Positions 13,906 to 27,156 of a stretch of 64,000 bases of DNA are shown here, piece by piece (position 1 is the first letter of the stretch; each line of letters opens with the position of its first letter). The DNA is from Octopus vulgaris (lineage: Eukaryota), in NCBI GenBank assembly GCA_951406725.2, contig OX597815.1:116064001-116128000 (forward strand). Reading direction: 5' to 3'. The notes under the pieces were generated by a model that had not been told where the DNA came from, searched no databases, and was given only the letters and a program-made list of their open reading frames with translations. A program made the translations under genes and the position numbers.

Positions 13906-15168
13906 AGGGTGCATCAGTTTTTTAAGGACACCTCCTCCCAAGAGCTCTTTCTTATTTTTTTTTTACCTTACTTTACAGATACATAATGTCAGACATCAGG
14001 TTGAATCAGCAAATGAAAAGGCTTGCTGTAATTGTTGCCTTTAAAATAGAACATAGTAATACAGAGATGGCTCACTTCTTGAAAGTTGCCTGATCCTTTA
14101 TCGTTAAAGTTCAAAAGTAGCTGGATGCTGTTGACCGAGGTCCAGTGTCAGAAGCTAAATGCAAAATATATGCACAGGGTCCTAATACTATCAGAACACA
14201 TAACTTTGATTGACTTTCCAGGGTTTTTATTGATTATTTCTTAGACTTTTTGTACAAAGACATTGCAGAGGACCTTGAGGTTTCAGAATGCACCACCCGA
14301 GGAGTTGTGCATGAGAACGTCCAGTACAAGTCGTATGTGATGTGGAGGAGTCAGTTTGTGCTAGGTGTAATGAGAGAGAATTTTTCAATCTGTGTGAAGT
14401 GCTTGCTAAACAAGTTAAAATCCAAAGAAGTTAGAATGCTTTGGTTTTTCTCCTATGAAAAAAAAAAAAAAAAAACTTTGATAAAAAGCAGAAGATAATC
14501 TGAAGGAATTTCAGATGGTTATGCAGAGACCTGAACGAGGTTCCAATGGTCATGTGCATTAAGTTCCCAGCAACTTTGATGGTTCTGGGAGTCATCAGTA
14601 ATGAGGGAGATGACATGTCTCCTCACTCTTTCCCACAGGGTTGAAGAGTCATTGCTGCTGCCTACACAGCGGTGTTGGAACTTGTGAGGCCCTGGATAGA
14701 CAGAGTATACAATGGAAGACTCTATGTCTTCCAACAAGGCTCTGCACTATTTCATAAGGCTGGGACAATCCACATGTGGATGCCTGCTAATCTCCATGAT
14801 CATCTTCTCTCAGACACATAGCCTCCTAGCTCACCAGATTTCAATTCACTGGTCTATTACATATGGAGCATAGACAAGAGAAAGGTCAATCAACACCTCC
14901 ATGACACCATAGAATCTCTCAAATCTGCCATAACCAGTATTATGTCCAAAATTGATATAAATCATTTGATTCGAGCATGTCAGCTCTTCTGTACCCATAT
15001 TGAAGCAGCTGTTGATGCTAACAGTGGATTCATTGAATAGGTGGGATAAAAAGATTCTCAACACATTGTTCCAACTTGTTTTCAAATACAGCTTTTCTTT
15101 GATGGGATATGCATCTTTTTTTTTTTAATTCATAGGCATGACCTCCAAAAAAACTGATGCACCCTCTG
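13905..15168 (+). mobile_element. Tc1/mariner-superfamily transposon, maT/DD37D-like, decayed transposase
   Basis: TIRs AGGGTGCATCAGTTTTTT / AAAAAACTGATGCACCCT. Motifs WFFSYEK, FPATLMVLGVIS, YVFQQGSA and PPSSPDFN in broken frames. Confidence 0.8.
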
Positions 15169-15621
15169 TGTATGTGTATGAGTGTATGTATGAATGTGTA
15201 TATGTGCATGTGTGTGTGTATGTATGTATGTATGTGTATAATTATGATTGTGTGAGTTTGTAAAAACACACACAATCATATATGCAAATGTATGTATATA
15301 ACACATTGTGACCAGTGATGTATAACATCTGATAACCTGGTTGATACAGTAATGTATGTATGTATGTATATTTATACGACTTGCTAAGCCATCATTGAAC
15401 TGTTTGATGATTGCTTAGTAGGCTTAAACTTTAAAATCATTGTTCTCTATACAAATATATTGAGTAATCCTTTAGTTTAATGTAAAGTTGTTTTTATTAT
15501 AGCAAAATACAAACAAAATATATGTATATATATATATAAATATATACACACTCACACACTTCAATTGACAGCCCATTTTATAGAATATTTTATATATAAC
15601 ATTTTATATATAATATATAAT

Positions 15622-16535
15622 GTGGCATACATTAATGACATAGATGCCAATTTAAAGAATGCCACAGTATTGAAATATGCAGACGACATCAAGCTGTACC
15701 TTGAAATCAAGAGGACAGATCCTGATGTCTACAACTCTTTCCTGCAATCAGACCTAGACACAATGCAGCAATGGATCACAGACTGGCAACTGAAACTGGC
15801 TGTGGACAAGTGTACCACCATGCATTTTGGGAGAAAAAACCCTGCGTCCACATACTCCCTCCACAACACTGATATCAAGAAATCCTCTTGCGAGCGTGAC
15901 CTAGGCACCACTGTCAGCAGTGATTTGCGTTGGACAAAGCATATCTCTAAAATTGTCAAGAAGGCCGAGGGTGTCTTGGCATCACTCAGCAAGACTTTTG
16001 TTAGCCGCTCTCCAGCCATCTATTTAATGTATACAGCTATGGTACAACCACACTTGGAATTCACATCATCAGTTTGGAACCCCTATCTTGCTCAGAACAT
16101 TGACCTCCTGGAAATCTGTCCAGAGACGTGCAACCAAATGCATACCCTCCATCAGACACCTACCATATTCTGAGCGCCTTGTTTCCCTGGGTATGGATTC
16201 ACTGAAGCTCCGGCGTCTGGCGATGGACTTGGTAAACACCCTCAAAGTTATCAACCACCTCACCAACAACAACACTGAACACCTTTTTGATCTCCATGTG
16301 TCCAACACACGTGGACATGCCTACAAAGTCAGAAAACAACACAGCTCCCATGACTTTCGGAAACATTTTTTCACGCTCAGAGTTGCTGAAGCATGGAATA
16401 AACTGCCTGCGTCAGTTGTTGACTGCCATGACACTGCATCCTTTAAGGCCCTCATGCTTTCCGAAATCCGCCGAAACTACACCTGATTATATATACACTT
16501 TAGATGAGTTGTAGTGCACCTGAGCACTGTACACA

Positions 16536-16571
<36 letters not shown>

Positions 16572-16581
16572 TATTATTATT
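15622..16581 (+). mobile_element. CR1-group LINE, 5'-truncated RT C-terminus with (TTA)n tail
   Basis: LKYADDIKLY, ERDLG, PHLEF-SSVWNP and TRGHAYK...FFTLRVAEAWNKLP, with frameshifts; ends TGTAGTGCACCTGAGCACTGTACAC(TTA)n. Confidence 0.9.
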
Positions 16582-16586
16582 ATATA

Positions 16587-16692
16587 GATCTGACTGGGCC
16601 TGATGAAGCCTTCCAGCTTCATAGACCCCAGTTGAACCGTCCAACCCATGCTAGCATGGAGAACGGACGCTAAATGATGATGATGATGATGA
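16587..16692 (+). mobile_element. RTE 3'-terminal fragment
   Basis: CCGTCCAACCCATGCTAGCATGGA...(GAT)n. Confidence 0.65.
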
Positions 16693-17718
16693 CATCCTTC
16701 AAAATTTCCATGCTATTTGAAATTTGCCAACAGTACACTCAATGCCCCCCACACCTGTTTTTTTTTTGTTAGATTTATTCACTGTTCACTTCCTGTGCAT
16801 ACTCTGTTACTTTTTCTGACTAATTGTAGTGCACCTGAGCACTGTATACAATAAGTTCATTATTATTATTATTTCATCATCATCAACAATATTATATGAT
16901 AATTGTAACTATGAAGATACCATGAATAAATACATTCAGATATGTTACTTCCTTAAGTAATTTCAGCAATCACATCACAAGTAGTAACATCTTTTTGAAC
17001 ATAATTTGAAGTGTTTCACATATGGAAATAAATTGAATGTTTAGAGGTGAAAAAGAAATATGTTTTGATGGTCAAATACCAATATATTTTGTTATTTGAA
17101 ATATATCTTCCACACTAAGCAAGTCTTCTATTTTAATGTCACTGAAATAATTTGTCCTGGTTTTGCTCAAGTTTATTTATGTATATACCATAGAAAATGT
17201 ATGGAAATTAATTTTATTAGTTTCTGTTTAATTCTGTATCTAAAATGTATTAAGTAATATTATCAATATGTTTGTTTCTTGTTATAGTATCAATATGTTT
17301 GTTTCTATTAATATTATATGTAAGATTACCTTTATGGTGATCTCCAGTTTTGTCAACATAATTCTGACATGAAGATTAAAAATATATTTAAGGATCCATT
17401 TTGAGACCTATAAACCTCCTGGGAGACATATACCAATTATAACATCCAAATTCCAAACCTCAAGTCCTTTTGATTGCATCACTTATTAGAAAATTAATAT
17501 GACTGATAGTGTTGAAATATTCAAATTGCACCCCACCCTGAAAGTCTCTCTCTCTTATGTATCTTTACATATAAATTTGACATGGGCGATTCTTTCTTGG
17601 GATTCATGGTCAAACAGCTGGGTGGAATTGTGTGAAAAATTACACAGATGTGTAGAATGATCTGGTGGTGATGCTGGGCTTTGTATTTTTTTCATAGCTC
17701 CCATGGTTACCAAGATAA

Positions 17719-18069
17719 TCTACTATAATAATATTCTTGTGTTTATGAATGAGAAAGGAAGGGGTGATGAAAATTGTACACTGAAAAACTAAATCAGTGT
17801 TTCAACTGTGTATGAAAAAGGGATGTGTGCACGCAATGGAAGTGGGATGGTTCATCTTTGTTTGCTTAGTATTTAGGTTTATTTTTTGATTTGGTTGAAT
17901 CTTGGCTGTTTTTTTTTTGTTGGTCAGTTATTTTTAGTGTTTTGACAGAAAAAAGTAATTCTAAAATATTTTAACGTAAGTGTGCCCAAACAAGTTGAAT
18001 GCTTACACAGAGCAGGTTTTACAGCCACTTCATCCAAACCGACCAGGTGAAACCGGGCTTAGCTGCTAG
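17719..18069 (+). mobile_element. Non-autonomous Helitron
   Basis: 5' A|TCTACTATAATAATA; 3' imperfect hairpin CCAGGTGAAACCGGG followed by CTAG|T; sits in an AT target with no TSD. Confidence 0.75.
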
Positions 18070-18073
18070 TATA

Positions 18074-19920
18074 CCATAAAAACCCATGTAATTTGTGCAC
18101 CTGTGTAATTTATGCTGGTGATTTTCTGGTTTAAAAAAGCTTCTTCTCATGTAAAATTCGCACCTAAAAGTTCTCAGAATTGCTGATTTAGTCAGGGGCA
18201 AAAGGTTTTCAGTTTAGTTGTATTTAGCTTAATTTCACTTATAATTAGATTTTATTAGCAATAATAATTCTCTAAACGAGATATAGACAGTAACTGCTCC
18301 ATCACATAAGGGACATTAGCCATTTGAATGTGGCTAGGGACAGGGCAGGGCGGTGGGGGTGTTACTGATGCATTTAGCCCCAGGCGATCATCAACGTCAC
18401 CAGATAGGCTGACACCATCATGGTGTCCTCTATCCTGCAAAGGAAGATCATTCCCCGAAGAAGCGGATGCCACATACGGACCCAGGTTTCAAGGTATTTG
18501 CCTATCGTCAACGTATGGCAGGCACCGCTCCTCGACGAACAACTTCCTGTGCAGGATATTTATATATAGATTTTCACGTAAATACATTTACTGATTTCGA
18601 AAATCTGTTCGACAGCAATAATAATTCTCTAAACGAGATATAGACAGTAACTGCTCCATCACATAAGGGACATTAGCCATTTGAATATGGCTAGGGACAG
18701 GGCAGGGCGGTGGGGGTGTTACTGATGCATTTAGCCCCAGGCGATCATCAACGTCACCAGATAGGCTGACACCATCACGGTGTCCTCTATCCTGCAAAGG
18801 GAGATCATTCCCCGAAGAAGCGGATGCCACATACAGACCCAGGTTTCAAGGTATTTGCCTACTGTCAACGTATGGCAGGCACTGCTCCTCGACGAACAAC
18901 TTCCTGTGCAGGATATCTATATATAGATTTTCACGTAAATACATTTACTGATTTCGAAAATCTGTTCGACAGCAATAATAATTCTCTAAACGAGATATAG
19001 ACAGTAACTGCTCCATCACATAAGGGACATTAGCCATTTGAATGTGGCTAGGGACAGGGCAGGGCGGTGGGGGTGTTACTGATGCATTTAGCCCCAGGCG
19101 ATCATCAATGTCACCAAAATAATTTCTGTTTAACAGGTATCACATTGAAAGCTATTAAATTACAGTGTTTGTGTTGTTTATCATAAACTTTATTTTACAT
19201 TTCTTGCCCACATGAGATTATGTCTGATCTTTAGCATACTGCTGTATGTCTTCTCAAATCATAATCACAGGAAAATTTAAGAATTACCAACAAAAGCAAA
19301 GCTGATTAATACGCACAGGTATTGCAAATTAAGTTAAATTACCAATAAACATCAGCTTGGATGATACTTTACTCAACTGGCAGAGGAAGGTGACCGATCA
19401 AACTGATTATGTAGACAGAATTCTTTTCTGCCTATTCTTGTTGGAACATTTCATATGGAGTATCGAAATTTTAATCCCTTTCACACTTATAAAATGTTAA
19501 GAATTGTTTACTGCGAAGGAGAAATTAAATGTGTGCTCCATAGCGATAGGTAGAAACTCCAAGCAATGTACAATATGGCCCAGACTGTGTTTACCAGTAT
19601 GAATGTCAGACTTCAAAAGCTAGTTAACCATTTAATAGTTTTAGTAAATTTATACAGAAAAAGTAAGCATTATACATTCCAGCATAAATAAAAGTCAACT
19701 TCATTATGCGTATTTAAACCATTATTTTTACTGTAAAAACCTATTCTGACATTAAATGAGTCAACTTCCAGTACGAATTTTTACATTTTGTATGTCTTCT
19801 TTCAACAAAAAAAAAATTCAAAAAACAAATTCTGGAAACAATCTACTCATGTAATTTACATACCTCCTAAAGTTTATTTTTATTTTTGCAAAAAAATGTG
19901 TAAATTACATGGGTTTTTAT

Positions 19921-19922
<2 letters not shown>
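18074..19922. mobile_element. Non-autonomous pogo/Tigger-type DNA transposon with internal tandem array
   Basis: Perfect 21-bp TIR CCATAAAAACCCATGTAATTT / AAATTACATGGGTTTTTATGG with TA on both flanks; no transposase recognised inside. Confidence 0.8.
18257..19116. repeat. 357-bp tandem repeat, about 2.4 near-identical units
   Basis: Units start at 18257, 18614 and 18971 with AGCAATAATAATTCTCTAAACGAG; only a few substitutions between them. Confidence 0.95.
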
Positions 19923-19972
<50 letters not shown>

Positions 19973-20238
19973 ACATAACTAATATATGTGTATGTTTAAA
20001 TGATGCAAAGTTGCAGTATTTTGTCCAGAGTAGACCCCTCTAAGACAGATTGTGTTAAAAAACAGTGTGTGTGTGTGTGTGTATGTCAGACTTCAAAAAC
20101 TAATTAACCATTTAATAGTTTTAGTAAATTTATACAGAAAATATATATATATTAGTGTTTTGAAGGTGTCAAAAGGTTATCTGCTCGTTACTGTGTAAAT
20201 GCAAATGTGTGGATTACTTCATTTGCTTTTAGCAACTA

Positions 20239-22124
20239 CCGTGTTTCTCAGAAAATAAGTCCTAGCATGATTTTTCAGGATGATTTTAATGTAAGCCCTT
20301 CCCTTAAAATAAGCCCCAGTTGAGAGCAGCAGACAGATGGAAGAAATATGCAACCTCTTCATATTGATTCAAACTACTGTATATACACTGTTCAAAATAT
20401 CTTTTTGGTGGCTAAAAATGTCACAAAATCTATCCTGGTGTCTCTTTTGTAACTCAAATATTAACAAGTTATACTTCAATCGACAGCCCATGTTTGGAGC
20501 TCTCAAATGTATCATGTAACATGTTCATCAATGTCAGTACTGGTCAGCAGAAGCAAAAAAAAAAACACAGTAAACATTTTCTTTCAAGGCAAAAATCTCC
20601 TAGAAAACAACATGATGAAATTGAATGAGAAATCATTTGTCAGGTCATTTTCACCCCAAGAGAAGATGAGTGCCAACAGAAAGAGTTATTCCATTGAGTG
20701 CAAGAAAGAATCATGGAGGAATCACTGAGCAAGAATCTTACTGTTTTCTGTAAAGAAAAGAATTTGGATCTCTGAATAGTTCGAAAATGGTGAATAGACT
20801 ATGATAAATTCAGTCAACAAGTGGACGAGGGAAATGCAGAGAAACACAAGTGTGGATCAGGTCAGCAACCACTATTTTCTGAGCTTGGAGACGTCATCTT
20901 TGAATGGGTTGCTGAAAGGAGAGCAAAGGCTTTGGTTGTTTACAGGGTTGATATTCCAGCATTTTCCCTTGCAAATTTACCACAGTTTGGTATATTTCCA
21001 GAAGAATTGAAAGTATCACAACACTGGCTGGATGGTTTCCATCAGCAACATGAACTTTCTCTGAGAAGGCCGGCAACACTGTTCAAACTGGAAGATAGAG
21101 ATTATTAAATGTGCACTTGCATTTAAGTCCTTTGTTGATGGGATAGATTTTTCTAAACACCATCACTCAAACATGATTGCTATGGATGAAACTGCAGTGT
21201 TCATGGGCCAAGGATCTCAACTGACAATTGATCAAAGGAGTGTATCATCAATCTACATTCCCTCCATTGGTTACAAAAGTGCATGAGTTACATGTATTTT
21301 GGCAATTCGTCTTGATGAAAGTAAAGCTCCACTTCTAATCATCACTAAAAGTAGGAAGGATAAAATTGAACACATTTCAGGCATCCGTATTCTGGAAACT
21401 GAAAAGGCATGGTGCACATTGGTAGGAGGTCAAAGAGGTCTGGGATTCAGGTAGCACAAAAGGCATGAAGAACTTCCTTACAGAAAGGAGAATAGATCAA
21501 ATCCTGATTCCTGCAGGAATGACTGCGTATCTGCAGACTCTTGACATTGCAATAAATAAACCATTCAAGGAAATCAATGACTATATTGAAAACAATGATG
21601 AGAAATCAGCATGGAAATTTTGTGAAATCCAGCCTGCAAGAAATTGTGACTTGGGTGATGAATTCATGGAACAAAATCAGACAGCTGTGTTGCCAATGCG
21701 CAACAAGCAGGCTACCTGAACAAGAACTTCTCATTCAATGAGACTTCTATTACTCGACATGAGAGATTGGGGATGAAAGTTCTGCAAGAAATGGAGTCAC
21801 ATGAAAACTTTGCAAGAATTTTGGAATTTGGTGATTTGCAGAACAATGACATTCCAGAGGACGATGACATGACTGTTGTTTCTGAGTAAAAGAACATGTA
21901 AATCATCAAGTAAATATAGATCGTTTTTTGTTATTTCTGTTTAATAAATTTCTGTCATAATAAATTGTCAATGTACATCGTTCTTTGTAATTTTTGTTTT
22001 AGCAATTTCATAATTTTCTATTTCATAATATTGTTTTTCAGTACACGAAAAAAATATGAACTCCTGAAAATAAGCCCTAGTGCATCATTTTGGAGTGCCC
22101 TGTCTTATTTTCAGGGAAACATGG
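20239..22124 (+). mobile_element. pogo/Tigger-family transposon with decayed CENP-B-HTH/DDE_1 transposase
   Basis: TA-flanked imperfect TIRs CCGTGTTTCTCAGAAAATAAG / CTTATTTTCAGGGAAACATGG. Motifs PLFSELGDVIFEWVAERRAK, IAMDET and IPAGMTAYLQTLDIAINKPFK, with stops and frameshifts. Confidence 0.9.
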
Positions 22125-22813
22125 TATTTACTTAAATGATCAAATGAGAATTGTAGTTAAATTGAAAAATTATCTTGTTAATTGACAACAGTACACAAAA
22201 ATAATTTGCCATTAAAGAACGTGGAATTAATTTTCTTGCCTTTAAGTACTTCATATTTAATTCACTCATGCAACCAAAGTATTATAACCTGTAAAAGGTT
22301 TATTACTGAAGAGAAATATGTCCAAGAATTTTAATTGAACTTCATTTTATTCAAAGTTAATCTGATATAAATGTTATTGTAAAATGGATTTCCTTTCTTG
22401 TTGCATTGTACATGTTAGCATCATTGAGTCAAGTCTTTGAGAGAACTGTTCAAATTTTTTTGAAAGGAAAATGGATTTTCTAAAAAAAAAAACAGAAAAA
22501 TTCTTGTTAACAAAGAATTAGAGTTCATCACAAATGAAATTCTTGTCAGAACTGAAGATTGTATACAAAAATAAGAGCTTGGAAACTGGTTGGCTATTGA
22601 GAATAAAGTTGAAGTGGAACCTACAATGATAGTGTTAGAAATAAGCTGGGCTGTTATGTATCTACATTTAGAAGAGAATGAGCCAAATCCAGAAGTTTTA
22701 GAAGTTCATCATGAGTGGGATTTTAAAAGCAATATGAGTATGAACAATTTGTAAATGAATTACTAAATGTGTACATTAGGATGGATAAGTTTCTTTTCTT
22801 TTTTAAAATAAAT

Positions 22814-23222
22814 AGGTAAAGGCATGGCTGTGTGATTAAGAAGTTTACTTTCTAACCACATGGTTCTGAGTTCAGTTCCACAGCATGGCACCTTGGGCAG
22901 GTGTCTTTTACAATGCTTTGGGCCAATGCTTTTACAATGCTTTGGGCCAACCAAAGCATTGTAAGCGGATTTGGTAGATGGAAACTGAAAGGAGCCCATT
23001 GTGTGTGCATGTGTGCATCCATCATGCCACTGCCTGCCAACTGGTGTTGCTGTATTTACTTCCTTGTAGTTTAGCAGTTTGGCAAAAGAGATCACTGGAA
23101 TAAATACCAGGCTTTAAAAAAAAAATAAGTACTGGTGTCGATTAATTCAATTAAAAATTCTTCAAGGTGGTGCCCCAGCATGGTCACAGTCTAATGATTG
23201 AAACAAGTAAATAAGAAAATAA
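22814..23222 (+). mobile_element. tRNA-derived SINE, family A
   Basis: TGGCTGTGTGATTAAG...AGTTCAGTTCC...CTTGGGCAGGT...CAAGGTGGTGCCCCAGCATGG...GAAACAAGTAA. Confidence 0.75.
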
Positions 23223-25617
23223 AAAATCAAATAATTGCTTCAAGCTAATATTTTCATAGTATTTTTCTACAATACGATGCATGATGTTTTCATCTTCACT
23301 ATAAAATATACATAAATCCAACATTGAAGCCACATCATAATTGCCATTTTTAACATCCACATTTCCATGGGTCAGTTTCTTGATGCAGATTGGATGCTCT
23401 TTCTGTCACCAACTCTCACCTGTCTGTAAGCAGTGTAATATTTCCCCATGACACAACATGGCTGCACATGATTAAGAATACACATATACAATATTATGTT
23501 AACATATTGTGGGTCATATTTTTCAGTTAAAATATCTGTTAATTTGGCACTTATGCTTTCAAGTGTGGGTGTTTATATTTTGAATATCAGAGCTTTGGAA
23601 TCTGGAGGGGTGGAGTGGGGGACATATTAAATTGGAATGGGTTAGTGGATTTGGTCTGCGGTACTGCTTTCCATTTTTTTAAATGTGTACATTTATGAAA
23701 ATCGTAATGTAAATTTTTGTCCTTGAATATATTTTGTTTGTATTTGAAATTACATTGAGACTGTATACTATTAATGATTTCAGAAAATATATGAAATGAT
23801 TTTATTTTAATAACTAGTAGAACCATTACAAAATTTCCATGTTCCTTAATCATGTTATATGAGAAAATATCTTTAAAAACTTTTGTTGAAAAATAGTTTT
23901 CTTGCAGTTCTGATGTCTCTGATATTCAAAATAATAAACGTTTGAGGGTTAATGGAAAATAATCCATGCTTAACTGAACAAGTGTTAATAAAATTCCAAG
24001 GTTTTGGTATTTGACAGGGAATTATCATCACCATTTGGCATCCACTTTCCATACTGGCATGAACTAGACTACAGGTTGTCAGGGTTCAAATCCATTGTTA
24101 TTCAGTTACTTCCCTTTCAGATAGATCCAAAAAATATGTCTTACTTATACATTTCTCTATGGTTCAGTTCCTGCAGCTGGATTCCCTTATTTCCTACCAT
24201 TTTACAGAGAGTATTAGGTGCAGGTTATTGTGATACCAGCCCTTCAACAAGACTAAAGGATTCTCTTGATCCAATGTTGTCTCCACATGGTCACCAACCA
24301 AATACAAAAAAAAAAAAACAACTTTTTACCAAATTGATTTTAAAAAGTTATTGACCAATAAAGAAAAATAAAAAACAAAATCTGAGGCAATAGTAAATTT
24401 GCTGAAAATGTAATGTATATGAAATTGTGTTATATATACATTGTTATATCTTTTTATAATGTCTTCATTCACAAGCCTGTCCTGAGGGTACAAATCTCAC
24501 CATATGCACTTTTGTCTTTACTGCTATCACAACTACTATCACCATTAATATAGTCCCCACTATCACAGCAACACTGTTAAATGCAAATTTCTAGAACAAC
24601 TCCTTGCATTTACAGAGGATAATGTTATCAAATGATTATATTTATTAAAAATAAATGGTCCAAAATTCTTTATCTAAAATGAATTCAAAATTATTCACTT
24701 ATTAGGATTGAAGTGGTTACAATAAATGGTTTCCATTGTGTGTGTGTTATATTTGTATGTATTCTATATAACATAATTCTGAAAACTTCAAATTTTGTAA
24801 TTCTGAGTTCTGCATCTCTGATTGTCTAACAAAACTTGAACTATTAAAAAAAAACAAAGAAATTGAAAACAAAGAGGAAACATCCAACTGGGTGCATGAA
24901 TAAAGATAAATATTACTAGGTATATTTTCGGATAGAATATAAAACAGGCCTATAATTGTCACAGATATCCTGTGGTATAATACTACTTTTGGGGTATTGA
25001 AAGAAATCCAGTTGAAGTTTACAAAAAGTTTTGTAGTTTATTCAATTAAAAGAAAATATGTCACCTAATAGTAATACTGTAACTGAGTGAAGGCATAATT
25101 TCAAGAACTTGGGTAACAACTCATGTAATGGAAACAAACTTGCTATTTCCTTAATATATTTTGTATAAAGGTGGAATTGGTTGAAAAAGAAAAAAAAAAT
25201 GATTTACAGCCAAAATCTTACATAGGATCATCAGAAAATGAATTTAAGATGAGATTTTACTTGCACAAGATTTTGTTGTTGACCAAAAACAGGATATTCA
25301 CTTCCAGAAGATTGAGTCATTGTCTCAGTACCTTTAAGACAAAATGATATATCCTTGCTTTTACATTTGCTTTCAAGCATAACAGTACAAAGAAATTGGG
25401 TTGTCATTTACATTTAAACAAAAAGATTTCAATATTAGTTGAGAGTTTCATTATTAGTTGAACTCAAGAACTGACATCCTGAGCACTTGTTCGCATAATT
25501 TGGAAAACTTTCTATATAACATGTCTGATGCACAACCAAGAAATTCAGAATTAGAAATTTTTGACAGTTTTCAATTTCAACTTTGTCTTCTCTTTAACTA
25601 TTTTTTTGTTATCTATT

Positions 25618-25815
25618 AGGCTACCTGTGTCGGTGGCACATAAAATCACCCACTACACTCTTGGAGTGGTTGGCGTTAGGAAGGGCATCAAGCTGTAGAA
25701 ACACTGCCAGATCTGACTGGCCTGGTGCAGCCTTCGGGCTCCCCAGACCCCAGTTGAACCGTCCAACCCATGCTAGCATGGAAAGCGGACGTTAAACGAT
25801 GATGATGATGATGAT
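25618..25815 (+). mobile_element. RTE 3'-terminal fragment
   Basis: Same 3' end as the other RTE copies, with (GAT)n tail. Confidence 0.75.
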
Positions 25816-26554
25816 TCTAAGTAACAATGATATCTGCTCTCTATATCTCCTTTAGCTGCTTTCTCTTTTTTTGTTATAGGTTTTTGCTGCATTCTTTTTT
25901 CTTCCTTCTTACTTTACCCTAACCTATGTTTTTTTTTTTTATTACAGTATACTATGAATGGCCTTAGATTTAGTTTTATATTCACTCATTCAAATATTTT
26001 CTTTTTTGCTTTATATTTATAAAACACAGAGTCAAATAATGTTTTTGAATTCAAGTTTATCATCACACAGGGATCCAATCAAATCCTTTTCTTTATTTTT
26101 GTCTGAAAATTCTTTGAAATAGTTTCTAGTTCAGATTTTGTTTGACAACAAGAGATGAAAAGAAATTTGAACTTTGAGTTTAATGTATATCATATATTTT
26201 GTCATCTACCTCCAGTATTGAGTACTCTGTTTTTATCTTCTTTCCACTGAAGTTTTTGCATTCAAGTGTCTACATACATTCATATATGCATCATTATCAT
26301 CATCATTACTTTGTCCACTTCTCCTTGCTCACATTGGTGAGGCAGAGTTTATTGAGGCAGATTTTTTTCTATGACTGGATGCCTTTCCTATTGCCAGCTC
26401 TCGACTTTTTCCAAGTAAGCTAATACTTGCCCACAACCAGGCATGTTTTCGCAGAACATTGGAAGTGAATGACACTGCCACTCATTTACAGCTATCATAC
26501 AATGAGACACACGCACACGCACACACACACACACGTTAAATGATGGTGATGATA

Positions 26555-26753
26555 CAGTAATCCCTTGACTATTGTGGATGTTAAGTTCCCAAACTCCCTG
26601 CAATAGGTGAAAATTGATGAAGTAGAAACAGTACTGTATATTTTTTACATTATTTTTATAATTTGTATATATTTTATTATAAATGCAAAGCAACACCAGA
26701 AGTTTAAATAATAAATCGCAATAGGTGAACCTTAGTTTGGCAATGGGTTACTG
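26555..26753. mobile_element. Tigger-like MITE
   Basis: TA|CAGTAATCCCTTG ... CAATGGGTTACTG|TA termini. Confidence 0.6.
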
Positions 26754-27101
26754 TACACACACACACTGCATTTGAAATATACATGTTCTATGTTATATAT
26801 AATACACACACAATACATATGTATTATGTGTATTATATATACAGAATAATTGCTGAGTATTGTTAATATCTATTGCATTGATTTTGATATAAGCAAATAT
26901 GCACACTTATACAGTACACGCTTATAAAAGTACACATTTATATACACACTTATGAAGTATATTCTAGTTTTCTTTGAGGAGTGTATCATTGAGCTGTGTT
27001 ATATAGAATGGTGTGTGTATGCATGCATATGTTTGTATGTATAAATGCACTCTCACACATACGTACACATGCATTCATTCTTCATTTTCTTTATTATTCA
27101 G

Positions 27102-27156
27102 AAGTCCGAGTGCAGGATCTGCTTTGAATGATTCTGGAAAAATAGAAAGAAGACGT
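27102..27156 (+). CDS. FAM102A: EEIG1/FAM102A-family protein, internal exon
   Basis: Pyrimidine tract + cAG acceptor and GTAAGT donor. Encodes SPSAGSALNDSGKIERRR. Phase 2 in and 0 out, matching its neighbours. Confidence 0.8.

Noticed and set aside
18257-19116. CRISPR-like array
   Set aside because: Whole units are near-identical with no unique spacers, no cas genes, and the context is eukaryotic.
22400-22760. Purine-rich, coding-like stretch
   Set aside because: Stops interrupt the frames, with no recognisable motif or splice context.
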